A model generated the notes under the pieces. It was not told where the DNA came from. It did not search any database and was given only the letters and a program-made list of their open reading frames with translations. Below, piece by piece: positions 1 to 7,102 of a DNA stretch of 36,903 nucleotides (the stretch's first letter is position 1; each line of letters begins with the position of its first letter). The translations under genes were made by a program, and so were the position numbers. The stretch lies in NCBI GenBank assembly GCA_017455385.1, contig JAFTBD010000025.1, forward strand, positions 1 through 36,903, given 5' to 3'. Source of the stretch: Clostridia bacterium. Lineage in GTDB: Bacteria; Bacillota; Clostridia; Christensenellales; CAG-1252.

Positions 1-1035
1 CTGGCCGGTGTAGCTTTCTTCCTGTCGTTCGTTGCTCCGGGGAACTCCTGTGCCTGTGTCGGGGTTAGGGCTGTACTCAACGTATGAGCTCGTCCGTTTG
101 TCGATGGATCGTGCTTTCCGTCCGCGCAAGAAGCACAGAAAGGCGATCACAGTAACGACAATACCAAGCACGGAAACCATTGGATACAACGTATCCACAA
201 TGGGCGCGAAGCCCCACTGCGCAAAGAGCACCCCTGCGAAGGGAAGGAGCGCGGCGGGAAGGAGCGGATCGGGAATATGGCGAGATAGCTCGCAAGCGGT
301 CAGATAATTGCAACTCGTCATCGTGGTGATGATGGCGAGAAGGAGCGCAAAGGGAACGAGGACGCCCAGATCGAGGCGACTCGCGGCGGTGAGGAACGGC
401 ATGGAGCCGCGAGGAACGGCGGCAACGGCGCGATACATCGCGAGAAGGAGCGCAAGGATCATCACCGTGGCGAGGACTGCGGCGGTGACGCGCTCTCTCC
501 GAGAGAGCCTCTCCCCTGCCGACGCCATCAAGGCGCCCGAGAAGAGCATATTCATCGCGCCATAGGCGAATGGGGCGAGAAGGCGCGCTCCCCCACCCTG
601 CGGCGCTGCCGAGCGGCAACCGACGACGAGGACGACCGCGATCATCAAGGGGACGGCGATGAGATTCAGCCAAGCCATTTTCTCCGCGCCGCGTACGGTC
701 AAGGCAGCACTACCGAGCGCGAGAAGGAGAGACAGACCGCGGAGGGCGGTGAGGTCGGAGAGGACTTCTTCCGCCGCGGCGATCATGGCACCGTACACGA
801 CGAAGGACGCCACCGCCACGACGACGTCGAAGACGCGGCGCGCCCTGCCATCCGGAAGGCCGACCTCCATAAAAACGAAACACATCACCCCCATAAAGAC
901 CGCCGCGATGACGGGTCCCAAGGGGCTGCCGCCACCGAAAAAGAGGGATATCTCCTGTCCCGTGGCGAAACCGGCGCCCACCACCGAGCCGACAAAAAGA
1001 GCGGCGACTCTCGCCGCCGAAAAAAAACTTTTCAT
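1..1035 (-). CDS. ykvI: YkvI-family multi-pass membrane protein; partial, C-terminus lies beyond the window start
   Basis: Absent from the ORF track because no stop is reached. The minus frame with ATG at 1035..1033 is open to nt 1; I checked every in-frame plus-strand triplet for tta/cta/tca and found none. The N-terminus MKSFFSAARVAALFVGSVVGAGFATGQEI carries the G-x-V-[IV]-GAGFATG-[RQ]-E signature of B. subtilis YkvI-like proteins, and the rest is hydrophobic. The listed ORFs 77..673(-), 710..1039(-), 32..307(+) and 659..1066(+) are Arg-rich off-frame artefacts. Confidence 0.6.
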   Translation of the reverse strand, partial: MKSFFSAARVAALFVGSVVGAGFATGQEISLFFGGGSPLGPVIAAVFMGVMCFVFMEVGLPDGRARRVFDVVVAVASFVVYGAMIAAAEEVLSDLTALRGLSLLLALGSAALTVRGAEKMAWLNLIAVPLMIAVVLVVGCRSAAPQGGGARLLAPFAYGAMNMLFSGALMASAGERLSRRERVTAAVLATVMILALLLAMYRAVAAVPRGSMPFLTAASRLDLGVLVPFALLLAIITTMTSCNYLTACELSRHIPDPLLPAALLPFAGVLFAQWGFAPIVDTLYPMVSVLGIVVTVIAFLCFLRGRKARSIDKRTSSYVEYSPNPDTGTGVPRSNERQEESYTGQ

Positions 1036-1066
1036 ACAAAATGATATGTGGATAGCCCGACGTTAA

Positions 1067-1094
1067 TGCGGAATTCGGAATGCGGAATGCGGAA
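1067..1094 (+). repeat. Tandem heptamer array TKCGGAA x4, followed by a mini-hairpin CGCGC-AAA-GCGCG at 1104..1116
   Basis: Read directly as tgcggaa ttcggaa tgcggaa tgcggaa. The same heptamer recurs at 36665..36678. Its reverse complement recurs at 17831..17901 and 26026..26096. Confidence 0.9.
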
Positions 1095-1208
1095 TTGAGG
1101 TAACGCGCAAAGCGCGATCTTAATAATTCTCCAAAGAATTACTTAAAAAAGAGAGCGGAGATGGGGTGGGAGCACGTTGCGCTTGCGAACCTGTGAGCAA
1201 GCGTTTAG

Positions 1209-1571
1209 GCGGAGCACCCTATGAACGCTCGACAAACCGCGAACGAGACGGGTGTCTCGGAGCAGCAAGGCAGTATGCCGATATGTCGCAGTAGAGACAG
1301 CGACAACTGTCTCGGCGACCAAAGGCGTACAATGCCGCGCAGGGAGAGCGGAAATGGGCGCCGCACCGAAGGTCCGCGTAGAGCCATTTGCGAATAGCGA
1401 GCAAGTAGGCTTGCGAAAGATAAGGCAAGCCGTATGCGGAGCACCCTATGAACGCTCTTCCCCGCGAACGAGACTTACGTCTCGGAGCGAAGCGCGGCAG
1501 TCTGCCGTTTTTTTGCGATAGAGACGGCGTCGCCGTCTCGGCAACTTCAGGCAGACAATGCCGCGCAAGGA
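1209..1571 (+). repeat. Two copies of a ~137-nt hairpin-rich unit (1209..1345 and 1436..1571), offset about 227 nt
   Basis: Shared blocks: gcggagcaccctatgaacgctc (1209 / 1436), cgagac-NNNN-gtctcg (1244..1259 / 1469..1484), ggcagtNtgcc (1269..1279 / 1496..1506), gagacRg...cYgtctc (1294..1313 / 1521..1539) and caatgccgcgcaRgga (1330 / 1556). Confidence 0.85.
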
Positions 1572-1606
1572 ATGTGGAATTTCGGGTGCACGAATGCGGA
1601 AAAAGA

Positions 1607-1615
1607 TGCTATAAT
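1607..1615 (+). promoter_or_regulatory. Candidate extended -10 promoter (TGcTATAAT) for the esterase lipoprotein gene
   Basis: tgctataat lies 55 nt upstream of the ATG at 1671. No good -35 hexamer is visible. Confidence 0.35.
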
Positions 1616-1670
1616 AAAAATGGCGCGTGATATCTGCGCGTTAATACCCAACCGCTCGGGAGAATACGCT

Positions 1671-4160
1671 ATGAAAAAAATGTTATTCATCGTCCTCGCC
1701 ATCGCTTTGATCGTCTGTTTCGTTGCCTGCGAAGTAACGCCCGCGACGTCTACGGACACGGACACAACGACGGACGTCGTCGAGACGCCGTCGGAGCCTG
1801 CCACGGAAACGCCGACCGAGCCCACGACCGAGACGCCGTCGGAGCCGCCCGAGACGCCCACGACGACCACGCGCGAGCTGACCGTCCGCTATTATGACGG
1901 CGAGACGCTCCTCGACACCAAAGTCTACACGAGGAAGATCATTCTCATCGACTACACGAACGAGGATCGCCTTTTCTTCGGCTGGTACACAGACCCGGAA
2001 TGCCAAACGGAATACGAAGCGTCCAAGACGTCGCAATATTTCGAGCTGAAAAATATCAACCTATACGCCAAAACGGAGAACATCATGGAAACATTCGAGA
2101 TAATCATCACGGGAAAAGTGAGCGAGAACGAGACCGTTCTGAACCCCCTCTTCACCTGGGCAGCGGGGGGCGAGACCTCTTTCGTCGCCGCGCTCTATCT
2201 GAATAACGCCCTCGTGGACAGCAAGAACCTGACCTCTCCCTCTTTCCGCAGCGGGAAGAAACTGAAAGTCAACAGCGAATACGTCCTGTCGGTTACGGGC
2301 GGCAGCGGCGCGAAGAGCCTCATCCGTTTCAAGACGGTAAACGGCACCAACACGACCGCCATCACCCCCATCACGATGTCCGACCCCTTTATGGACAATA
2401 TGGTGCTGCAACGCGGCGTCCCGAACGTTATTTCCGGCATCGGACCCGCGAACGCCTTGATCTCGGTGACGATGACGACCGATACGTTGGCGGAGCATTA
2501 CACCGCCGTCTCGAACGACAAAGGTCGCTTCGAGGTCACCCTCCCCGTCCGAGCCGCATCCTTCACCCCCTCGACCATCCGTATCGAGACGGGACTCGTA
2601 TCTGCGGGGACCCCCGTGGAGAAGACGATCTCGAACGTGCTTTTCGGCGACGTCTATCTCTTCGCGGGACAGTCCAATATGCAATGGCTGACCAAAGATT
2701 CCGACTATGAACAGAGCGACATCGACGCCTTCTCTGACTCCTACGTGCGTTTCTTCTGCCAAAACGTAGTGACTTCCGCCACGAAAAAGCAGAACGTCAC
2801 GAACGGTCGCTGGTTTATCCCCGGCGGCACCAACTGCGACTGGTTCAGCGCCATCGCGACGATGACGGGCTCTTTCCTCGGCACCGCGTTGAAAGAAGAG
2901 ACCCCCGTCGGCATCCTCACGGCATACCAAGGCGACACCAATATCGCGAACTGGATGGGCGAGGAATATTACAGCGGCACCTGCTCCACCAAGAACCTGC
3001 ACTACAATGCGATGGTATATCCCCTGCACGATGCGAATCTCAGCGGCGTGGTGTGGTATCAAGGCTGTAATAACTCCGCGGCGGCATATGATTACAAGAC
3101 CTTGCTCGGCGACCTATTCCGCAATTACCGCGACCTATTCCGCAAGGAGGATCTGCCCTTCTTCGTCATCGGTCTCGCCTGTTTCGACGGCGACAAGGAT
3201 GCGCAGGGCAAACTCGATCCGATGCACAACCCCTACGACTTCTCCTTCGTTCGCGAGAGCCAAGCCGCGGCGTGTGCGGCGGATGAGAACGCCTATTTCA
3301 TCTCCACCTGCGACGACGGCGATCCCACCTATATCCACCCGCGCGCGAAACGCTATATCTGCGAGCGCGTGGCGAAGAGCATCGGCGTGGCGATCTACGG
3401 AAACGCGGGCTATGCGGAGGGTCCCTCCTACAAGTCGCACGAAGTGGCGGGGAATACCGTCATCATCGAGCTGAATAATGCAGAAGGTCTCTATGCCGAG
3501 GGCGAGATCACGGGGCTCTATCTCGCGGGCGCGGACGGCAAATACCACGCGGCGACCGCCGCTATCCTGGACGGCAAGATCGTCGCCTCGTCCGACAAGG
3601 TGACGTCGCCCGTCTACGTGAAGTACGGCTTCCTCAGAAGCCCCTTCGTGAATATCTACAATAAAGACGGCTTCGTCATCACCCCCTTCCGCACGGACGT
3701 CTATGACACCAATATCGACCTATTCGATTACGACACCGTGGCGAATTACACCTTCCATCCGGACGGCGCAGCGATGGAAGTAGCGCTGACCGAGGGCGGC
3801 AACCTCTCCGTCTCGATGGCGAATGACGGCAAGGGCTACGGCTCCGTCCGACTGGAGAAATACAGCGCCATCGCCTATCATCCCGAGCGGCTGGCGGTCA
3901 CCTTCGTCGGCAAGAATACGGGCGCCAAGATCTACGTCCGTTTCGTCGAAGGAAGCGGCGAGATATGGGGCTGTGAGATCCTCGACAATTTCACCGGGGA
4001 GCAGACCGTCTTCGTGGACGTCGACGACTTCACCGTGCTCTATGACGAGAAGGATCACGTCTTCGATACGCAGAAGATCAAGAGCGTGGAATTCCTCATC
4101 AAGTACGACGGCGCGCTTACGCTCGAAGTGTGCAACGTTCGCTTCGTTGACGGCGAATAA
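1671..4160 (+). CDS. Lipoprotein with a Listeria-Bacteroides (InlB B-type) repeat and a sialate O-acetylesterase-like (SASA/SGNH) domain
   Basis: In-frame ATG at 1671 with a GGGAGA RBS at 1657..1662. Signal peptide and lipobox: MKKMLFIVLAIALIVCFVAC. A Thr/Pro/Glu-rich linker follows. FFGWYTDPECQTEY matches the repeat motif. Esterase motifs: LFAGQSNMQW, GVVWYQGCNN and TYIHPRAKR. The track start at 1572 is an upstream extension without an RBS. Confidence 0.75.
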   Translation: MKKMLFIVLAIALIVCFVACEVTPATSTDTDTTTDVVETPSEPATETPTEPTTETPSEPPETPTTTTRELTVRYYDGETLLDTKVYTRKIILIDYTNEDRLFFGWYTDPECQTEYEASKTSQYFELKNINLYAKTENIMETFEIIITGKVSENETVLNPLFTWAAGGETSFVAALYLNNALVDSKNLTSPSFRSGKKLKVNSEYVLSVTGGSGAKSLIRFKTVNGTNTTAITPITMSDPFMDNMVLQRGVPNVISGIGPANALISVTMTTDTLAEHYTAVSNDKGRFEVTLPVRAASFTPSTIRIETGLVSAGTPVEKTISNVLFGDVYLFAGQSNMQWLTKDSDYEQSDIDAFSDSYVRFFCQNVVTSATKKQNVTNGRWFIPGGTNCDWFSAIATMTGSFLGTALKEETPVGILTAYQGDTNIANWMGEEYYSGTCSTKNLHYNAMVYPLHDANLSGVVWYQGCNNSAAAYDYKTLLGDLFRNYRDLFRKEDLPFFVIGLACFDGDKDAQGKLDPMHNPYDFSFVRESQAAACAADENAYFISTCDDGDPTYIHPRAKRYICERVAKSIGVAIYGNAGYAEGPSYKSHEVAGNTVIIELNNAEGLYAEGEITGLYLAGADGKYHAATAAILDGKIVASSDKVTSPVYVKYGFLRSPFVNIYNKDGFVITPFRTDVYDTNIDLFDYDTVANYTFHPDGAAMEVALTEGGNLSVSMANDGKGYGSVRLEKYSAIAYHPERLAVTFVGKNTGAKIYVRFVEGSGEIWGCEILDNFTGEQTVFVDVDDFTVLYDEKDHVFDTQKIKSVEFLIKYDGALTLEVCNVRFVDGE

Positions 4161-4186
4161 CACAAGTAGCATATCCGTGCTCAAAG

Positions 4187-4214
4187 AAAACGGCGAAGCA
4201 ATTCGCCGTTTTTT
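4187..4214 (+). terminator. Rho-independent terminator, bidirectional (A-tract / stem / T-tract)
   Basis: aaaa-cggcgaa-gcaa-ttcgccg-tttttt lies 27 nt after the stop at 4160. Confidence 0.85.
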
Positions 4215-4271
4215 CCTGAAGTCATTTCATTTATCAGCATTCCGCATCAAAATGGATTAGCGAGATATGGA

Positions 4272-4496
4272 TTAGCGGGATTTAGTAGGATAACGTGTCC
4301 GCTGGTCGGTCTGTCCTAAAAGATAATCAATACTCGTTCCGTAGAAATCTGCAAGCTTTATAAGCACGACCGTAGGGATGTCGTTCTCCCCCGTTTCATA
4401 TTTGGAATACCCCGTTTGCGACATCGACAATACGGCGGCGACCTGTGTCTGATTTAGATCCCTGTCTTCTCTTAAATCCCGAATCCTCTTATACAT
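4272..4496 (-). CDS. XRE-family helix-turn-helix transcriptional regulator (74 aa)
   Basis: MYKRIRDLREDRDLNQTQVAAVLSMSQTGYSKYETGENDIPTVVLIKLADFYGTSIDYLLG is a canonical Cro/C1-type HTH_3 pattern. A GAGGA RBS lies 7 nt upstream of the ATG at 4496. Confidence 0.9.
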   Translation of the reverse strand: MYKRIRDLREDRDLNQTQVAAVLSMSQTGYSKYETGENDIPTVVLIKLADFYGTSIDYLLGQTDQRTRYPTKSR

Positions 4497-4521
4497 ACAT
4501 CCATCCTCACGCTTATAGTAC

Positions 4522-4568
4522 TTAACCTAAAACAGAGTATTGATTTTTAACCTAAAACAGGTTATACT
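4522..4568 (+). promoter_or_regulatory. Sigma-70 type promoter (TTGATT-17-TATACT) overlapped by two 14-nt direct repeats; likely XRE operator in a divergent control region
   Basis: ttaacctaaaacag occurs at 4522..4535 and 4547..4560, a period of 25 nt. The -35 is ttgatt at 4540..4545 and the -10 is tatact at 4563..4568. The second repeat fills the spacer. Confidence 0.55.
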
Positions 4569-4682
4569 ATTCTCTAAAGACGATCATTCTGATAAGTCGC
4601 ACGGCAAGGTTCTCCGAAAAAAGCAACTTATTGTTAGTTCTTTTCTCCGAGGTCAATAATCGTCTTGGAAAAGCTGTGAGGT

Positions 4683-5624
4683 ATGATAGTGGAAAGCGCA
4701 TATACTGACACCCACAAAGAGAATATCCTTTTTAAGGATGCAAGCGGGAATCGGATCATACTGCTTTCGGAAGTTCCCAAGAAATATATAAAAGAATTTC
4801 CCTTTGATCTATTTGCTTTCAAAGGCAAGAACAATACGGTTTTTCTCCATGGAAAGAATAGTTTCAAAAAAGCATTGATGCGTTTCGACGGGAACGACAA
4901 TATTCTTGTGCTTCCCGACATTCTTTCCATCGAAGAAAGCGATGTGACTTTCGTCGGAAACGATTCCTTATGCTATATCAATCTATCGGGCAGCAAACGC
5001 CTTCGCTTGGCGCACATTGTCTTAGGCTCGGAGTGTGTGTTCTACTACGGGAAGGGAACAAACGTAAATTTATCCGATTATCCTACCCATTTCTACACGT
5101 ACGAATCTTCCAACATCATCATCGGGAATAAATGTTTGATCGGCAATGACGTCATCGTACGGACTTGCGACAATCACCTCTTTTACGATTTGAAAAGCGG
5201 TACGAGGATCAATTTACCCGGTAGCGTCTTTATCGGAGATAATTGTTGGATATGCCAAAGCGTGTATATCAATAAAAACACGGTGATCGGATCGGGGACG
5301 ATCGTCGGAGCGAGGAGCGTGATCGGGGGAAAAGTCTATCCGTCCAATACCTTGGTCGCAGGACAGCCCGGGAAGGTGCTCCGCGAGGATATCGCGATAC
5401 TGGGAAAGAATAACAGATGTTACGTCAAGGAAGACATCGAAAAGTCAAAGTTTTTAGAGAACAGTGCCTCTTTCTTACACATCATAGATAAAAACACGAT
5501 CGATATCAAGCAATTTGATTCCGATCTGAAAGAGAGACGAACCGCACAAAAGAAATTGGAGTATATTGAAGAAACTCTCTTGGTCAACGATTCCAAAAAC
5601 CGCTTCGCAGTCAAAAAACAGTAG
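4683..5624 (+). CDS. Left-handed beta-helix (hexapeptide-repeat) acyl/acetyltransferase with extra N- and C-terminal regions
   Basis: IIIGNKCLIGNDVIVRTCDNHLFYD...SVFIGDNCWICQSVYINKNTVIGSGTIVGARSVIGGKVYPSNTLVAGQPGKVLRE fits the sugar/xenobiotic O-acetyltransferase LbH pattern, including the catalytic-type His. The start may instead be GTG at 4689, 7 nt after GAGG at 4678..4681. Confidence 0.7.
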   Translation: MIVESAYTDTHKENILFKDASGNRIILLSEVPKKYIKEFPFDLFAFKGKNNTVFLHGKNSFKKALMRFDGNDNILVLPDILSIEESDVTFVGNDSLCYINLSGSKRLRLAHIVLGSECVFYYGKGTNVNLSDYPTHFYTYESSNIIIGNKCLIGNDVIVRTCDNHLFYDLKSGTRINLPGSVFIGDNCWICQSVYINKNTVIGSGTIVGARSVIGGKVYPSNTLVAGQPGKVLREDIAILGKNNRCYVKEDIEKSKFLENSASFLHIIDKNTIDIKQFDSDLKERRTAQKKLEYIEETLLVNDSKNRFAVKKQ

Positions 5625-5740
5625 TCGTCGATTCGACCATAACGCACGAATCTGCATTCCACAATCACGGATAAGATCCGCGAAGCGACGACCCAATGCC
5701 AATTCAAGCGTCTCATTTCGATTCCGCTTTTCGCATTTCG

Positions 5741-5814
5741 AATTCAAGCGTAGCGCCTTTGCATCCTTTTATAAAGGAGGCTTGATTGCGGACGAGCAGA
5801 GCGAGGACGGAATG
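5741..5814 (+). repeat. 74-nt conserved block, with an inverted second copy at 22760..22833
   Basis: aattcaagcgtagcgcctttgcatccttttataaaggaggcttgattgcggacgagcagagcgaggacggaatg. By hand alignment, 70 of 74 positions match the reverse complement of 22760..22833. Confidence 0.9.
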
Positions 5815-5900
5815 GTGGATTTTGAAATCCCCCTCTCCGCTCCGCCTATGGCTTCGCGCAGACGATCCCCCTTTGCAAAGGGTGCAAATTGGCGTCCGCA

Positions 5901-5924
5901 ACTCCACTCTCCACACTCCACTCT
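5901..5924 (-). repeat. Tandem heptamer array (GTGGAGA family, here read as ctccact/ctccaca)
   Basis: actccactctccacactccactct. The same heptamer family occurs at 36731..36760 on the opposite strand. Confidence 0.85.
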
Positions 5925-5932
5925 GAAAAATC

Positions 5933-6008
5933 GGATGAGATACTTCGGCACGTTTCGCGTCCGCTCAACGGCTCAGTATGACATTTATACATTTCGCGCA
6001 GCGCCACC
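5933..6008 (+). repeat. Head module of the mosaic element (GGATGAGAT.CTTCG ... CAGKATGAC-AT-rich-TTCGCGNAGCGCCACC)
   Basis: ggatgagatacttcgg...ctcagtatgacatttatacatttcgcgcagcgccacc. Homologous heads lie at 17761..17827, 25966..26025 and 36761..36868 (reverse strand). Confidence 0.75.
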
Positions 6009-6022
6009 GCAGTTTGCACGAA

Positions 6023-6101
6023 GTGCAACATCGTTGCGCCGCGGCGCACATCGTTTTTGCGGAAGCAAAACATCGTTTGCCGATAGGCAACATCGTTTGC
6101 G
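6023..6101 (+). repeat. Four tandem copies (20-22 nt period) of a small hairpin GCAAAC-ATC-GTTTGC
   Basis: acatcgtt cores lie at 6028, 6048, 6070 and 6090. Each is embedded in gcaa(a)acatcgtt(t)gc, an imperfect palindrome. Confidence 0.8.
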
Positions 6102-6121
6102 CCGCGCCATCGCGACGCAAT

Positions 6122-6153
6122 AAAAAAACGGCGAAGTCAATCGCCGTTTTTTT
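6122..6153 (-). terminator. Rho-independent terminator for ricT, bidirectional in form
   Basis: aaaaaaa-cggcga-agtcaa-tcgccg-ttttttt lies immediately after the ricT stop at 6155. Confidence 0.85.
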
Positions 6154-6154
6154 C

Positions 6155-7102
6155 TTATTCTTCGTCGTCTGTCTCTTCGTCCTCGATCTCCTCGATGTCC
6201 TCGATAACTTCCTCGCTCTGCGCTTCTTCCCTTCTCTTGCCGCCGTCGCGGTGCTTCTTTTTCTTCTCGGAAGGTTGCTGGGGTTGCGGCGCTTTCTTCT
6301 GGAAGGTCAGCTCCTCCACGGGATAGGTCTTCACGACGAAGGTCTCGTCCGAGGTCACCTTGCAGGTGACGGTCTTTTTCAGCATATCCACCGACATGAC
6401 CACCGCGGGACCGTCGGGAGTGGTGACCTTTCCATTCACCTTGGGCATGATCTTATAGACCTCGGCGTAATAGTCGTTCTCGTACTTCAAGCAACACATC
6501 AGCTTGCCGCATATGCCGCTGATCTTGGTCGGATTCAGGGAGAGACCCTGCACCTTCGCCATCTTGACAGTGACCTTCTCGAAGTCGCGGAGATAGGAGC
6601 GACAGCAACATTCCCTGCCGCACATACCGAGTGAGCCGCGCAGTTTCACGTCGTCGCGTTCATAAAGCTGTCTGAGCTCGATCCTCGCGTGGAGGGCGGA
6701 CGCCAGCTCTTTCACCAGTTCGCGGAAGTCCACTCTTTCCTCCGCGGTGAAATACAAGACGACCCTCTTGCAGTCGAAAGACACCTCTGCCGAGATGAAT
6801 TTCAGCCCGATCCCGAGCGCGGTCGCTTTCTCTCGCGCGGTCCTGAGGGCACGGGGCTCGGACTCTTTCGCCTTCTTCGCGAGTTCGAGGTCGCGAGGAG
6901 TCGCCCTCCTCACCACTTTTTTCAGTTCGCCCGGGCATTCGGATTCCGGCACGATGGTATTCGCCGTCACCACCTCTCCGAGCTCATTTCCTTTCTGTGT
7001 ATCCACAATGACCTTATCCCCCACCTCAAAGACGAGCTCGCCCGGGTCGAAAGAATATGTCTTCGCATTGCGTTCGAATTTCACGCCAACGATCATCGGC
7101 AT
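6155..7102 (-). CDS. ricT: RicT/YaaT (PSP1-domain) protein
   Basis: MPMIVGVKF...GMCGRECCCRSYLRDFEKVTVKMAKVQGLSLNPTKISGICGKLMCCLKYE shows the PSP1 Cys-rich signature. A GGAGG RBS precedes the ATG at 7102. The track ORF to 7414 is an off-target N-terminal extension overlapping holB. The C-terminal tail is acidic and Lys-rich. Confidence 0.85.
   Translation of the reverse strand: MPMIVGVKFERNAKTYSFDPGELVFEVGDKVIVDTQKGNELGEVVTANTIVPESECPGELKKVVRRATPRDLELAKKAKESEPRALRTAREKATALGIGLKFISAEVSFDCKRVVLYFTAEERVDFRELVKELASALHARIELRQLYERDDVKLRGSLGMCGRECCCRSYLRDFEKVTVKMAKVQGLSLNPTKISGICGKLMCCLKYENDYYAEVYKIMPKVNGKVTTPDGPAVVMSVDMLKKTVTCKVTSDETFVVKTYPVEELTFQKKAPQPQQPSEKKKKHRDGGKRREEAQSEEVIEDIEEIEDEETDDEE

Larger units (their letters stand above)
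4215..5640. other. AT-richer accessory islet (about 38-45% GC versus about 60% in neighbours, by spot counts) carrying the XRE gene and the acyltransferase
   Basis: Composition shifts right after the terminator at 4214 and returns at the mosaic-repeat locus starting near 5640. The left edge has a 15-nt tandem repeat atggattagcgRgat (4252..4266 and 4267..4281). Confidence 0.45.

Noticed and set aside
77-1066. Track ORFs 77..673(-), 710..1039(-), 32..307(+), 308..565(+) and 659..1066(+).
   Set aside because: All are alternative frames of the ykvI-like gene (1..1035, minus). They give Arg/Pro-rich products, and only the ykvI frame gives a coherent membrane protein with a family signature.
1572-1670. 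N-terminal extensions proposed by the ORF track: 1572 for the esterase, 17796 for mscS, 7414 for ricT, 21516 for argH, 22670 for argG and 18745 for the small lipoprotein.
   Set aside because: Each extension lacks an RBS, runs through repeats or the upstream gene, and precedes an internal Met that has a good SD and a canonical N-terminus (a signal peptide or a conserved family start).
5566-6123. A 185-aa ORF running through the whole 5.6-6.1 kb repeat locus, with an AAGGAGG inside it.
   Set aside because: The frame is open only because it is made of repeats. The SD-like site is followed by TTG at 1-nt spacing and has no proper start. The product is Arg-rich and repetitive. The second copy of the 74-nt block at 22760 does not continue into a comparable ORF.
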